Assembly (NCBI RefSeq): GCF_006345805.1
Contig: NW_021833641.1
Coordinates: 2,574-66,573 of the forward strand
Source: Octopus sinensis
Lineage: Eukaryota
DNA length: 64,000 nt
Direction: 5' to 3'
Shown: in pieces, positions 13,853 through 27,712 of the stretch
How the letters are laid out: the number at the start of each line of letters is the position of its first letter
How positions within the stretch are numbered: the stretch's first letter is position 1
Made by a program: the position numbers and the translations under genes
The notes under the pieces: generated by a model
Told to the model about the DNA's origin: nothing
Databases searched by the model: none
Seen by the model: the letters and a program-made list of their open reading frames with translations, nothing else

Positions 13853-14190
13853 TCCCTTGCGATCACAATATAGCGGCGAAAGAATTTGACAAGATTAGTA
13901 AATATAAAATATAAAGACCTGCTAATAGAAATTGAAAAAATGTGGCATCTCAAGGCGACTGAAGTACCAGTGATTGTAGGATCTCTAGGAATGATAAAAA
14001 GAAGTACTGAAACCTATTTGAAAATGATTCCAGGCCTACTATCCCTACAGGAAGTGCAAAAAATCGTATTAACTGGAACGACTCATGTACTGAGAAAAGC
14101 ATTATCGCTGTGAAAACAACATCCATCCATGAATGTATTGATTTATTTATTTTTGAATACATATTTTACCTATGAATTTGCGTGTGTAAT
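13853..14190 (+). mobile_element. R4/Dong-type non-LTR element, 3' end (restriction-like endonuclease C-terminus plus part of 3' UTR)
   Basis: IPCDHNIAAKEFDK..KYKDLLIEIEKMWHLKATEVPVIVGSLGMIK...LQEVQKIVLTGTTHVLRKALSL*; (AAT)n on both sides. Confidence 0.85.
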
Positions 14191-14221
14191 CTATAATAAT
14201 AATCTATAATAATAATAATAA

Positions 14222-14519
14222 CTGTAGGTGCACTAAGTATGATAAAAAAAGAAAATCAGAAAAATCTAGATAACATCCCAGGAGAATCATGTCTCAGAGA
14301 AATTTTAAAGATTATTCTAACAAGTACTGCTGATATCCTTAGAAAAACCCTAGCCATTTAATTATCTATGTTGTATTACATGAAGATATTTCGCTGCTGC
14401 TCTCGCCATTTCCGATTCCAACTAATTAATGATACACTAACAAATCTTATCCTTCCCTTTCCCTAGGACAAAGAGTGTACCTCGGCAAGTAACTGTAACA
14501 AACATGCATGTTAAAAGTA

Positions 14520-14520
<1 letters not shown>
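14222..14520 (+). mobile_element. Second, different R4/Dong-type 3' end
   Basis: TVGALSMIKKENQKNLDNIPGESCLREILKIILTSTADILRKTLAI*, then UTR and (AAT)n. Confidence 0.7.
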
Positions 14521-14554
<34 letters not shown>

Positions 14555-14779
14555 TGATAATAATAATAATGATAATAATATTATATCATAACTTTTTAAC
14601 TGCATTCCTTCTTTTCTTATTAGCAGAAGGAATTAAGGGAAGATAATACATAAAACCTACTATGATTTAGAGTGGCAGAAGGAAATAATGGGGGTCAGGA
14701 AAGAGGAATGGTGATGTAGCTACATTCATATTTATCCTTATCATATTCAAAAGACCTAATGCAGCAAGAAGTCTACATC

Positions 14780-15330
14780 CCCTTAGAATTAAAATCATTG
14801 GGAATTAACAGTTAAGTTCTTGTAGTTGGTGATAAATTAATTAATGTCAAATTCACTTCCCCACCCTTATTTCACTATGACCATAAAATCAGTCATACCT
14901 ATATAAAAGAATATGTCTCAGAAGATGCTCGCAAGGTAATTATATATAGAGACGAGGTGATAACCAGAAAGAGGACGAGCAAGTGTGCCTTAGCATATTA
15001 TGGTTATCAACTAAAAGCGGGCCTAAATGGAAAACAAGGGAGCTGACATTGAGATCTAAGCGTTGGAATTAAAAATACGGGGAAAATCTGCATCTAAACT
15101 TAGCAAAATTTCTCTATTAAAATATTATCATTTAAAAAGGATTTAAGGACCGAGGAAAAGAAGGATAGATAAAACAATCTAAGCCATAAGAGCATAGTAA
15201 TTTTATATAAAAGAAACCTCATAATGCTTTTTTCTAGCATAATGTTCAGGTGGTCCTGATAGAAATATTCAACAATGAGTCTATAATAAAATTCAGATAT
15301 CATCGGAGTAGGGGTATACATTTTCTATTG
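14780..15330 (-). mobile_element. Highly decayed CR1/Jockey-like RT remnant, possibly extending to about 16550
   Basis: Broken motifs in the expected order: KKAL..KLLCSYGLD..SFLND, LGPLL, WGEVNLTL; many stops and frameshifts. Confidence 0.35.
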
Positions 15331-15483
15331 AATCAAAACCATAGATTAAGGGCTAAAAAGTAAGTTATTTTTTTTCTATAACAAGTGCAGTTATTTAAAA
15401 ACCTTGGAAAAATTCATATATAAAAATATTACCAACATTTTGGAAAAATCTGAAAGGACATAAGAAGGTATAAAATACCATAT

Positions 15484-15540
<57 letters not shown>

Positions 15541-15556
15541 CATACATACATATACG

Positions 15557-15593
<37 letters not shown>

Positions 15594-16559
15594 AAACTAT
15601 ATATATATATATGCATATATATATATATTATATATATAAACGAAGTATATAGTGAAATTATAAAATATGAATATAAACAAATATAAATACCGTATTGTAT
15701 TATATTATGTCATGATTATTATAGAGAGAAGTTACAGGCTTCTTCAAATTCTATAGAAATTACACCAGTTTTTTATGAGCGTATATAGATATACAAAATA
15801 CAATAATATAATATAAGATAAAAGAATATCTATAAAATGAAATAAAATAGAATGGAAACAAGGAGAAATAATATTTGTATAAAATTTCAATAAAGGATGT
15901 ATAAAATGCGAAAAAGAAAGAAGCGAATATAAAAGATTTACATTGGGAATGCCATAAAATTTGTACCGGATATATAAAAGAGTGATAAAAGATGAAAAAT
16001 AAGGATAAGTCATGGTATCCTAACAAAAGCTAATTAAGACATAATTAAAAAAGAAGTAAAGTAAAATAAAGATATGATTGGAAATGGTTTTAAAATATAT
16101 TTGTAAGATATATTATGACAGGCACAAATGTGTGTAGAATCATAACAATTCATAGAGGGTATATAATTAATGCAGGTGTAGGATATGGTAATACATTGTA
16201 AATATAGTTATATTGACTGATGGGGAAGGAAGTCTAAGAACCGAAGGGGAAATAGCGTAATCTATATATAGAGAATATAGGTTAAACAGGTAGGGATTAT
16301 AAGAGGTCAATATTATATATATTTCTATACAAGAGAGCGTGTGTTACGATACTTTTTGTCACCAAATCATAGCATGATATGTACAATATTATTTGTTTCT
16401 AAAATATTTGAAGGTACGTGAGATCCTATGCACACAAGATACCCTAAGATCTAATCTATTATTAATTAGGTTATTTTTATTTCTATACTTAAAACTTTCG
16501 TAAATATCTATACAACATACTTCGCATCTATATCGGCTATCATTGTATGGCTGAGCTCC

Positions 16560-16815
16560 CCATATTATATTCCATTTAAGGCTAAATTTACTATTACTAT
16601 CCTTAAGTTTTTACTAGATAATGATGTACTATAAGCTTTAAGTGTAAGTCTAAACCATAAAAGATGGTTATTAAGGCGCTTCTTCATATTAATCGAGTAC
16701 CCGATGTAAGTAAAGTTACTACTTTCATTCATCACTGTACATTTGTAAACAACATTTTGAGCTAAACAACGACCTAATAACGGGCATTGGGATCCTACCC
16801 TACAATTGCAGCTGG
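16560..16815 (-). mobile_element. Penelope-like element, GIY-YIG endonuclease fragment
   Basis: CNCRVGSQCPLLGRCLAQNVVYKCTV..TYIGYSINMKKRLNNH. Confidence 0.8.
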
Positions 16816-16818
16816 GGA

Positions 16819-16855
<37 letters not shown>

Positions 16856-17222
16856 TTGTTTTTTCCTTCTTTCTTCAAATTTTCCTCCATTTCTCGCCAA
16901 GTGTTTTCCGTACACCTAGGGCAGAGAAGCTCATTGTATTCATTTCCGGATTACACACGTAAATTCACAGGTAAAATATGTATTTAAAAAATTATTAAAT
17001 AAAAAAATTCATGAATGGACGTTGTTTTCACAGCGATAATGCTCTTCTCAGTACATGGGTCGTTCCAGCTAACACGATTTTTTGCACTTCCTGTAGGGAT
17101 GTTAAACCTGGTATCATTTTCAAATAGCTTTCAGTACCTTTTTATATCATTCATAGAGATCCTACAATCACTGGTACTGTAGTTGCCTTGAGATGCCACA
17201 TTTTTTTCAATTTCTATTAGGA
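16856..17222 (-). mobile_element. R4/Dong-type 3' end (ORF end plus full 3' UTR), same family as 13853
   Basis: Reverse complement aligns with 13920-14190 and continues into a 140-bp UTR ending at (AAT)n. Confidence 0.85.
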
Positions 17223-17299
17223 ATGAACCCGGTACCATGAGGTTGGCAAGCAAGCTACTTACCGCACAGCCCTCCTGCGCCTATTAGGGAAGAATTCTA

Positions 17300-18140
17300 C
17301 AAGTAATTTACGACAGCAGTTCTTGGTCGTTGCCTGTTGGTATCGGTGTGATTTTCAGTCCTTTTGACAGAAGTTGGATTTCCTCATCGTTAAGATCTCT
17401 TTTGGATAAATTAATTATTTTCGGATCTATACGTTCAGTTCTTTTGGGTATGCTTCCTCTTGGATTTTTCTGCCTCCGGTGTATGTTGTCTGATGTTAAG
17501 AAATGTATTTTTTCTGTTTTTGATTTATGTTCCTGTTGATGTTTGCTTGATGAACTTGGCGACTTGGTTATGGTATTTTACTTGGTTTCGTTATATTTTC
17601 CGTCCTGGTTTTTGTGTTATGCCTATTATTTTTCAAGTTTTTGTTTTCAACAACCTGGGGAAATAATCTAGGGTCACTTTTTGATCTAGATCGGTTTTCA
17701 CCTTGTTTTTTTTGTAGGTAATCTCTGTTGAGATCTTGAAAATGATCTGTTATTTCTATTCCTAATGGTCTGATCAAATGAATATTTATCATGTTTCTGC
17801 TCTTTGTTCATATTGTGTGCTTTAGGGTGCTGGCGTACAAAAAGGGAAGAATTCTTACCGTAGTTTATCTTCTATTCATGGTGAAACGAGCGTTGATATT
17901 CCTACGTGTTCTAGCGTATGTTACATTGGTGAGATTGTCCAATTTTAATGCTATTTTTCAGGGTTCTAGAATCTTTACCGAAACTTGTAGCATATTTGTC
18001 GAGAGATAATTGTTCCAGCAGCCATAACATTCTTGATCTAGTTTCTTCTTTGAGATATCTCCGATCCTCACTTCTCATATGATTTCTGCTATATTGCCAG
18101 TCGTTAGTTTTGATATTTCGTATCAAATTTGACAATAGAT
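17300..18140 (-). mobile_element. Penelope-like element, N-terminal ORF remnant
   Basis: KIINLSKRDLNDEEIQLLSKGLKITPIP matches the PLE pre-RT motif INLSxxxLxxxExxLLSKGLxFxPxP; same strand as, and upstream of, the GIY-YIG fragment. Confidence 0.65.
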
Positions 18141-18149
18141 AGCTTGGTA

Positions 18150-18735
<586 letters not shown>

Positions 18736-19380
18736 GATAAAGAGAACGAGAGATTGAGAGAGTGATAACGAGAGAGGCACACACACATGCACGCACCCAT
18801 ATACATATATACGTGCATATATACAAACGCTTATGTATTAATATGGCCTCTCTTTATACGCTATAGTTAAGGATATTTACATTATTCTCAATTAAAAGCT
18901 TCCGAAATGGACGCCACTCGGAAGTGTAGACATGTGTATATGCGTGCTTGCATGTATATGTGTATGTGTGTGTGCGTATCCATATATATACTTACATATA
19001 CCCGCATATATATATACATATAGATACATACGTATATATTCATATAATATTTTGACGATGTCTGCTTCATCCTGTCAGCTGTTAGTCTTCTCATTGATAT
19101 AACTATCTAAGCATTGATTCAACTATCTTTGAATTATCGTGGCCAATCTCTTGCGCGACACTTATATCATTTACCAAATGTTAATGGTTAAATGTCTGCT
19201 GATATATACTTCAATCCCGAGAAGACTGGAAACTGCTTGAATCGCAGATTTATATTAGCGTACCTTCCAGTAGGTTCTAATATGTTATGAAGTCTACAGT
19301 TACACTAAGTGGTTAATAATCTTCTGACTTTAAAAGATTGATTGTACAGGCTTTGTGTCTCTAGGTTTATGTACAACTAA

Positions 19381-19427
<47 letters not shown>

Positions 19428-19434
19428 AATAATC

Positions 19435-19677
19435 TTTTATTCATTTACTTGTTTCAGTCCTTTAAATGCAGCCATGCTGGAGCACCGACCTAAAGGGTGC
19501 TTTTTAGTCGGAGACATCGATCCAAGGACTCGTGCTACCGAGTTCTTTTCCCGAACCGTTAAGTTACTTGGGACGTAAGCACACCAGCATCGGTTGTCAG
19601 GCGACGATGGTCGGGACAGCACAAAGTCATTTACAAAATTAGATACACACACACACACGTATGTATATATGTATGCA

Positions 19678-19724
<47 letters not shown>

Positions 19725-19830
19725 GGCGGGCTTCTATCTCCGAATTTCACTCACAAGGATTTGGTTGGACCGAGGCTATATCAGAAAACTGAACCAGACA
19801 CAATATGGTTGGGAAGCAAGCGTCTTTTTT
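19435..19830 (-). mobile_element. SINE family 3, diverged
   Basis: Tail, internal microsatellite and CORE-like blocks on the minus strand. Confidence 0.75.
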
Positions 19831-19864
19831 TTTCTACTCTAGTCACAAGGCTCGAAATTTTGGG

Positions 19865-20035
19865 GTAGGGCGATAGTCGAATAGTCGATTACATGGATCC
19901 CAGTACGCAACTGGCACTTAATTTATCGACCCCGAAAAGATGAAACGCAAAGTCGATCTCGGCGGAAATTGAACTCAGAACGAAAAGACATATGAAATAC
20001 CTATTTCTTTATTGCCCACAAGGGGCTAACATAGA
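19865..20035 (-). mobile_element. SINE family 2 fragments joined at the recurrent dimer junction
   Basis: GAAATAC|CTATTTCTTTATTGCCCAC at 20000/20001. Confidence 0.7.
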
Positions 20036-20189
20036 AGGTACGTTCACAATATTGGGGGACTAAAATTATAATAAGGAGGCATAAAGAAAGAAGCAAAATT
20101 AAAAGAAACGAATGAATCATGAAAAAGATGATATAACGAGGCAGAGTGCCCAGTCGAGCCCCGAAGTCGTTGGTTACATCGAAACCATG

Positions 20190-20465
20190 TTGCCGTTCAA
20201 TCATACTTATCTTAAATCCAGCAGTTCAATACCGTGTTCATTTTTTAGTTCGGTATAACAGGTCTGTTTTGGCAATTGCTCTCTTTCCCCGATCACCCTC
20301 CACAACTCAATACTCTTATACTTTTTTACTATTTCCATTTGTGCCTTATTTAACAATTGGCATATCATAGGACCACCATCTACACCCCAGAATTCCACTT
20401 CAACCACATCTTTCCACTCGCTCACCCGGTTTACAACATCATCCTCCGCGTCCGCATAAACCTGG
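20190..20465 (-). mobile_element. Decayed LINE RT C-terminal remnant, clade uncertain
   Basis: YADAEDDVVNRVSEW...AQMEIVKKYKSIELW loosely follows YADD...EW...IEVVKxYKYLG. Confidence 0.3.
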
Positions 20466-20494
20466 ATATGTATGTATGTGAGAATTTATATATG

Positions 20495-20528
<34 letters not shown>

Positions 20529-20645
20529 AATATATATATATATATATTTATGTATTTATGTATGTATGTATGTAGTATGTATGTATGTATGTATGCATGT
20601 ATGTATGTATGTATATATGTATGTATGTATGAATGTATGTATGTA

Positions 20646-20677
<32 letters not shown>

Positions 20678-21582
20678 ATCTATAATATATATATATATAT
20701 ATATACATACATATATACATATATACATCCATGCGTGCGTGGGTACACTATATACGACGAATTCTAACACAGTTTCGATTTAACTTATTCACACACAGTT
20801 TATCAGTTCATGTTTTTGATATAGTATAAGACAGATGCCGCATGTGCCACGAATTGAGAATGATTACCCGTATCATGTATGGAAGAAACGGCTTACTTAA
20901 ATACACGCTCTACACTGCCCCTGCTTACCCCTCCGTTCAAAATTCTTTCTTTTATTATGATATATTACACTAATTCGACAATCTACGAATATATAGGAAA
21001 ACACATAAAGTGAATGAATCCAATTCTGCTAAATAAATACGATGTACGATAAATTTATATTTCATTACATTCAATTGTGCGTAATTAAAATACGGTAAAT
21101 ACATCACCTGTAATTTCATCGCTTGGTAATTTAATGCCGTGGCGTTTAATTGAATGCCAAGCAAATAACAACTTTGGTAACTTCTTCTCCGTGCCAAATA
21201 TATTGTCGGTAAAAATCAACGCTACTCTTTTTGGCTGCAGAATATATACATCGCTAAACATCACTTAAACTTTTTGATCTCTGGAGGAACTGCGACGTTA
21301 AATATCATATAGATTCGTTATATATACATTAGATACATCACTAAGCCTCATTAAAAAATTTTATTTTCAGATTAACTACATTGCTAAAGATAATTTTATT
21401 CGCTGAGTGAACGTAGAGTCAACGAACGGTTCGCCATTCATCCGGCCAGAGTATGTCCTCCTCTGAATATTATTTAAGCCGTTTATCTGCAAACTCAACG
21501 CATTGCTAATCATCTAATAATCTTATTCTTAAAGTGTGGTATATATATATTATATATATATTATATATATATATATATCTAT

Positions 21583-21621
<39 letters not shown>

Positions 21622-21768
21622 AAGTAGATAAATGAATTATCTTATTACGGATTATTCAAATGATAACCGATACCTGGGTAGCAAAACCACAACAGAAAGA
21701 TCACGGTTGAGGTTACGACCATGGGGTCTCAACCCGTGCCTTAGTGCGGAAATTTGAAATTTTATATA

Positions 21769-22175
21769 TTAGTTTAGGAAGAAATGGAGCTGAACGAAGA
21801 TTTAACAAAATTCCTTTTTATTATTTTCTACATATGTTTCAAAAGCTGCAAAAACCTAATTCGGATTGAAATAGTCCATTTTGCAGCCTTCTCTTCAGGA
21901 AAATCCAGGAACTTAATTCTCCCACAAATCACAGCAAGCTTTCGACAAACGCTCACGAGGAGCCCATGGGATGGCTCCTCGTGAGCGTTTGTCGAAAAGC
22001 TTGCTGTGCATTTTGTGGGAGAATTAAGTTCCTGGATTTTCCTGAAGAGAAGGCTGCAAAATGGACTCCTTATTCAATCCGAATTAGGGTTTTTGCAGCT
22101 TTTGAAACATATGTAGAAAATAATAAAAAGGAATTTTGTTAAATCTTCGTTCAGCTCCATTTCTTCCTACACTAA
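21769..22175. repeat. ~400-bp near-perfect palindrome centred at 21969
   Basis: Arms of about 200 bp, loop GGG (21968-21970), differences mostly 1-nt indels, flanked by (TA)n. Confidence 0.95.
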
Positions 22176-22355
22176 ATATATATATATATATATATATATC
22201 AAATGTGAGGATAAAATTCTTTTCGAAACAAAAATATATTTTCTCTATATATAGTTAATTTTAATTTAAGATTATATATATATTATATGCCTTACTGAAT
22301 ATAACTTAGACATTTTATCTGCAGTGTAAATACAATTTTGAATATAATTTAAACG

Positions 22356-22992
22356 TAGGCATAGGAAAGGCTGTGTGGTAAGTAGCTTGCTTACTAACCA
22401 ATGGGTTCCGGGTTTAGTCCCACTGCGTGGCATCTTGGTTAAGTGTTTTCTACTATAGCCTCGGGTCGACCAACGTCTTGTGAGTGGATTTGGTAGACGG
22501 GAACTGAAAGAAGCCCGTCGTATATAAGTATATATATATATGTATATGTATGTGTGTATGTATATGTTTCTGTGTCTGTGTTTGTGTCCCCAACATCGCT
22601 TGACAACCGATGGTGGTGTGTCTACGCCCCCGTAACTTAGCGATTCGGCAAAAGACACCGATAGAATAAGTACTAGGCTTAGAAAGAATAAGTCCTCGAC
22701 TAAATGTGGTGCTCCAGCATGGCCACAGTCAAATGACCGAAACAAGTAAAAGAGTAAAGAGAGTAGGCGTAGGAGTGGCCGTGTGGTTAGTAGCTTGCTT
22801 ACGAACTACATGGCCGACCAAAGCCTTGTGAGTGGATTTGGTACACGGACACTGACGGATTTGTTAGACGGCTTTGGTCGGCCCGAGGCTATAGTAGAAG
22901 ACACTTGCCCAAGGTGCCATGCAGTAGGAATGAACCCGGAACCATGTGGTTGGTAAGCAAGCTACTTACCACACAGCCACTCCTGCGCCTAT
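22356..22992. mobile_element. Cluster of SINE family 3: full + copy 22356-22762, partial + head, inverted head 22870-22992
   Basis: Family consensus blocks. Confidence 0.85.
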
Positions 22993-24039
22993 GGTCATTA
23001 TTACTTGTAAGGGTCCGTTGTATCTATTTGTCCTTTCATCGAGCTGTTTATTTTCCCGTAGCCTGGGGAGACTTTTACGTTGGTTTATATTTATCGACTG
23101 TTTGATGTTTAGTTCTTCTGCTTTTGTTATTTCTTCCGTCGATTCATCTCCGTCCTCGGGTACATCTGCTCTGTTATGGCGCCTATCTTATTATCTCATT
23201 CTTATCTACATGTTAGTACATCACTTAACATAATTTGATGGTTTACTGGCAAATCGAGCCCAGGACTTATTCTTTGTAAGCGTAGTACTTTTTGTATCGG
23301 GTGTCTTTGCCGAAGCGCTAAGTTACGGGGAAGTAAACACACCACCATCGCTTTTTATTCGCCGGGTAAATGCATCGATAAATAACAGAAACTTTTTCTG
23401 CTGAGTAAATATATCGTTACACATTGAAACTTTTTTACTAACGGAATTTATATGATATTAAGCATATTTGAAGCTTTTTATCTTTAGAATAATTACATTT
23501 ATAAACTTCAGTTAACCTTTTCACCTACAGAGTGTATACGTCGCGGTAAGTTGTTAAACTTTTATGTAGAGATTAAAGAACATATCGAACTTAATTCAAG
23601 TCCTTTGTTCTCTGAGTGTGTAGATCGATAAACATCATTGAAGTTTTCTGATTAACAGAGTAAACACATTGATAGATATCATTACATAATCATTTGATTT
23701 GAAAATGGAGTACATCACAAAATATTATGTCATCTTTTGAAACCCAATAAAAATACATCGCTAACCATCATTTAAGCTTCATTTTTTTTATGTACATATT
23801 AAATACATTGCAATAGCTATTATAAAAGGCACTTTTATCTGCAGGGTAAATACATCGCTAAGCATTATTTAATTTTTTTTTTACCTGCAGTGTCAATGCA
23901 TTAATAATTGCGTGCAACTTGCGAGAAATGTGTTTGATATGTAAAATATGAATATCTAAACTTGCTACATCGCTACATTTGATGATTATTTCGGTGGATG
24001 CAAGGCTAAAGTGGAAACAATAATCTCTGATATATATAG

Positions 24040-24096
24040 GGAGAGTTTACGAAAAAAACAAAAGACGAAGACAGGTGGTGTACACAAATATAGATG

Positions 24097-24138
<42 letters not shown>

Positions 24139-24340
24139 GTGTGTTTTGTGTGTGTGTGTGTGGTTTGTGTGTGTGTATGTGTGTGTGTACGTATATATAG
24201 TGAGAATTTATAAAAAGAAGCAAAAGAAGAAGATGGATCTGTAGACAACAAACAGATGTATTGGTTTAACATTCTGGAAGTGAGAAAGTCTTTTATGTCT
24301 CGAGCCTACGCCCTTCGACTGAAAGGAACACAGAAATGAA
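24040..24340 (-). mobile_element. Short PLE-type element, hammerhead family B, degenerate
   Basis: Homologous to 44700-44915; minus strand CAGTCGA-A-GGGC(GTAG)GCTC-GAGAC-ATA-AAAGA at 24289-24325. Confidence 0.55.
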
Positions 24341-24949
24341 AATAGAAAAGGTTTTTAGGCTAGCAATGTATCATAGCGAATGCCGGACAGAGAGGCCATA
24401 CAGGAGAGGTAGGAAGAAGGGGAAATAATAAAGTAGTGGTGATCCCAAAACGAAGGTGCGCGTGCGTGAGTATGTGAGAGCATTGTGTACGTGTGGAAGG
24501 GCGCTGATGACCTTAACGTGCGCTAGTGTGCATGTGTTGGTGTGTGGATGATGGTGGAGGTGCTGTGAAGTGGTAAGTTCTAGTATGTGCGCTGGTGTGG
24601 GTGCTGGGATGTGGTCAGAGCTAGTGTGTGCGTGGTAGTGTGATGTGGTGTGGTATGGTGGTGCGTGGTGTGGTTGGGGCGTGGGGAAGGCGAGAGTGGG
24701 GAACGCCAGGGTGGCGTCTAAGGGATGGGATGTATAGTGATGGTGGGGTTAGAATGTGTAGGGTGGGGTAACAAGGGGATGAAAATGAAGAGAAAGGGTG
24801 GTAGGGAGTAGGTGTGTAGGAGTGAAGAGAGGAAATAGGTACCAGAGCAAGGGAGAAGAGGTGGGTGGGAGGACGTAGGTGTGAGGGTAAGACTGGAGCG
24901 AGGACGATGGTTAGATGAAGAGGGGAGGATATATAATATATATATATAT

Positions 24950-24980
<31 letters not shown>

Positions 24981-25032
24981 TCTGATACAGATATGAATGT
25001 ACGTGTGTATGTATGTATGTATGTATGTATGT

Positions 25033-25064
<32 letters not shown>

Positions 25065-25076
25065 ATATACACACAC

Positions 25077-25391
25077 GTGTGGAGGCGCAATGGCCTAGTG
25101 GTTAGGGCAGCGGACTCGTGGTCGTAGGATCGCGGTTTCGATTTCCAGACCGGGTGTTGTGGGTGTTTATTGAGCGAAAACACCTAAAGCTTCACAAGGC
25201 TCTGACAGGGAGTCGTGGTGATCACTGATGTACTCTTTCGCCACAACTTTCTCTCACTCTTGCTTCTGTTGGCCTGCTCGCTTAGCCAGCGGGGTGGCGT
25301 CATTTGAATGCTAAAACAAGGGGAAGCGCATTGTGACCAGCGATGTGTAATAACATCTGATAGCCTGGTCGGTCACGGTGATCACGGTGAT
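25077..25391 (+). mobile_element. Full-length tRNA-derived SINE, family 4
   Basis: GGCGCAATGGCCTAGTGGTTAGGGC (A box), GTTTCGATTTCC (B box), tail CACGGTGATCACGGTGATA; shares a TGTACTCTTTC.CCACAACTTTCTCTCACTCTT block with 42391. Confidence 0.8.
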
Positions 25392-26189
25392 ATACACACA
25401 CATTACGTATCTTCCTATCATCAAGCGCATTATTTACATAAACGTATTCGTATACGAAAAGACTCATCTTTCACAACTGGCTCTATTTTCAATAGATATT
25501 CTATAGAGATTGCTCTAAAACGTGAAGTTATTTACAATGTTTATCTGCAAATTAAGTACATCGATCCAAACATTATTCAAAGGTTTTGGTCCGTATAGGA
25601 AATGTCATTTCAACATATATGCACGGTAAATGTTTCGCTATACGTCATTTGTAGTTTCTTTTTTTCTCACGAAAAATCCATCCTTAAGCCGCATTTATAC
25701 ATTTTATCCGCAAACTCTCTAAACATGATTAAAATTTATTAGCTACCCAGTAAATAAAACCTTAACCATCATTTTAAATTTTTTGCCTCTACAGATGAAA
25801 TACATCGATCTGTAATGTATTTAATCCGTTTTTTATCCGCGAGCAAATTCATTTCTATCATTTAAGAGTCTTATCCGCAGAGCAAATACCTCGCTAAACG
25901 TCATTGAAACCTCTTATCCGCAGAATAAACGCATCACTTAACGTCATTTAAATTTCCTTACTCCAAGGAAATACCTCACTAAACATCACTTAATTTTTTT
26001 ATTCTCCTAGCCAATACTTTGTTACAAAGATAAAAAATTATTATTAAATTTGCTTAACATATACATGAAACAGAAAATAAAAAAAAAATTATTTTTTAAA
26101 AAATAGAACCACAAAACATGCAGCCAACAGATCATATAAAGCAGTTATTTTGAATGTGTAGAAGAAAGAAACATCCTCAAAAGAGTTAA

Positions 26190-26410
26190 TTATGAGCCAT
26201 GCCTCTTAAATAATCCAGTATGCAAGGTTTTTGATGTTTCTTGACGATCCGTGTAATTCTTGCTACATAAACTGTATAGTTTTTTTTTTTTTTTCACCAT
26301 GTTCGATTTCTGCACCAGTGATATGCAGTTTGATCATTGCATCGCTTCTTGTTTGATTCTTTTCCAAGATTTTTCTCAAAATCTAAAAATTTCCAGTTCA
26401 CAGAATGAAA
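26190..26410 (-). mobile_element. MULE/Mutator-like transposase, C-terminal remnant
   Basis: KKKKNYTVYVARITRIVKKHQKPCILDYLRGMAHN; the LDYLRxxAHN ending is typical of animal MULE-like transposases. Confidence 0.55.
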
Positions 26411-27334
26411 TATTATTTTTATCTCTTTGAATTTCGTTTTCATTGCTCATGAAATGAAACGTATTTATTCTGCAAATAAAGATCTTTTATGTGATGTTTA
26501 GCGATGTATATACTCTGCGGATAAAAAGTATGACGATGAATTTATTGACGATGCATTCTTTCACCAGATAATTACAAAGCAGTGATATTCAGGCGATGGA
26601 CTTACTACATTGTAATTACTCGTGATGGCTTTAGAACAAACTTAAGAATTTATGCTGGTGAACTTATTGACGTCTGAATTAAAAGCGTCTGGTTGTTAAA
26701 TAATAAACCGTATTAGTCACTTCTGTTACCATATAATTTCAACTCAACGCGACAAAACTAAATTTTATAAAGCTTATGTTATGGCGGGTTTTACGGTTAT
26801 GTTTTACGGTTTTTCGTGTTTCGTTTGCAATGTTGCTATTAACGAAGAAAAGATTTGAATACGTGATAAGGAAAGTCACATTTTAATTAATCTCCTTGTA
26901 CGTGTCAGACATGACTAATCGAAAAGTCATCATCATTATCAGCAATGTTATGGTCGTCACCATAAACACCCCATTATGATCATCCACAACAACAACGTCA
27001 CCATCATAATTCCCACCACCACCACCAACACCACCACTACCACCGCCGCCGCCACCACCAACACTATCACCAGCACCATCATCATCATCATCATCATCAC
27101 CATCATCACCATCATTACCATCACCACATCATCATTACCACCACCACTACCATCATCATCATTATCATCTTCATCGTCATCATCATCAACATCATCATCA
27201 TCGCTAAAAGTAAAAAACATATTGACGGCCGTCACGTTTGAGCGAGTAAGTCTTACTAATATTTAACATGATTTTCCTAAATGCTTCTGTTCAGGTGACT
27301 ATGCAGTCCCTAAGAAATGCATGCAGACTCTTGC

Positions 27335-27663
27335 CCTCACAATCCCCTCACCTTAAAACACCGCTTGACAACCTGTCTTTGTTTGTTTGCGTCTACGTAG
27401 CAACGTTTCGGCAAAAGAAAACATTACTAAACATAATACGAATAGTCCTGGGTTCGAATTCTTCCAAACGCTGATACAAGTAAAAAATGAAAGGGATAAA
27501 AAGTTAAAAGAAGGGGGCTGTGAGGTAAGAAGCTTGCTTCACAATCACACGGTTCCAGGTTCAGTTTAAAGCGTGGCATGTTAGGCAAGTCTCTTCTATT
27601 ATAACCTCGAACAAACCAAAGTCTTGTGAGTGGGTTTGGTGGACGGAAACTGAAAGACGTCCG

Positions 27664-27665
<2 letters not shown>
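27335..27665 (+). mobile_element. SINE family 3 pieces (3' half followed by a 5' half)
   Basis: Family consensus blocks. Confidence 0.7.
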
Positions 27666-27707
<42 letters not shown>

Positions 27708-27712
27708 TTTAC

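Larger units (their letters stand above)
23350..26580. repeat. Old degenerate ~43-bp tandem repeat in patches (23350-23900, 25690-26000, inverted 26460-26580; also near 21240)
   Basis: Consensus about TTTTATCYGCAGAGTAAATACATCGCTAAACATCATTTAAA; unit starts 25870, 25913 and 25957 give periods of 43 and 44. Confidence 0.6.

Noticed and set aside
19185-19255. Hammerhead-like pairing TCTGC/GCAGA around GGAAAC
   Set aside because: Core and stem III are too degenerate to distinguish from chance
20830-20900. DRCRMCHE as an R4-type zinc knuckle
   Set aside because: The match is too short and the downstream His/Cys residues are missing
22036-22090. Hammerhead in the palindrome arm (CTGAAGA...CCGAATT)
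   Set aside because: No GAAA, and no consistent stem II or stem I
23020-23200. R4-type N-terminal remnant (RKSLPRLRENKQL, minus strand)
   Set aside because: Only one weak motif, not enough to annotate
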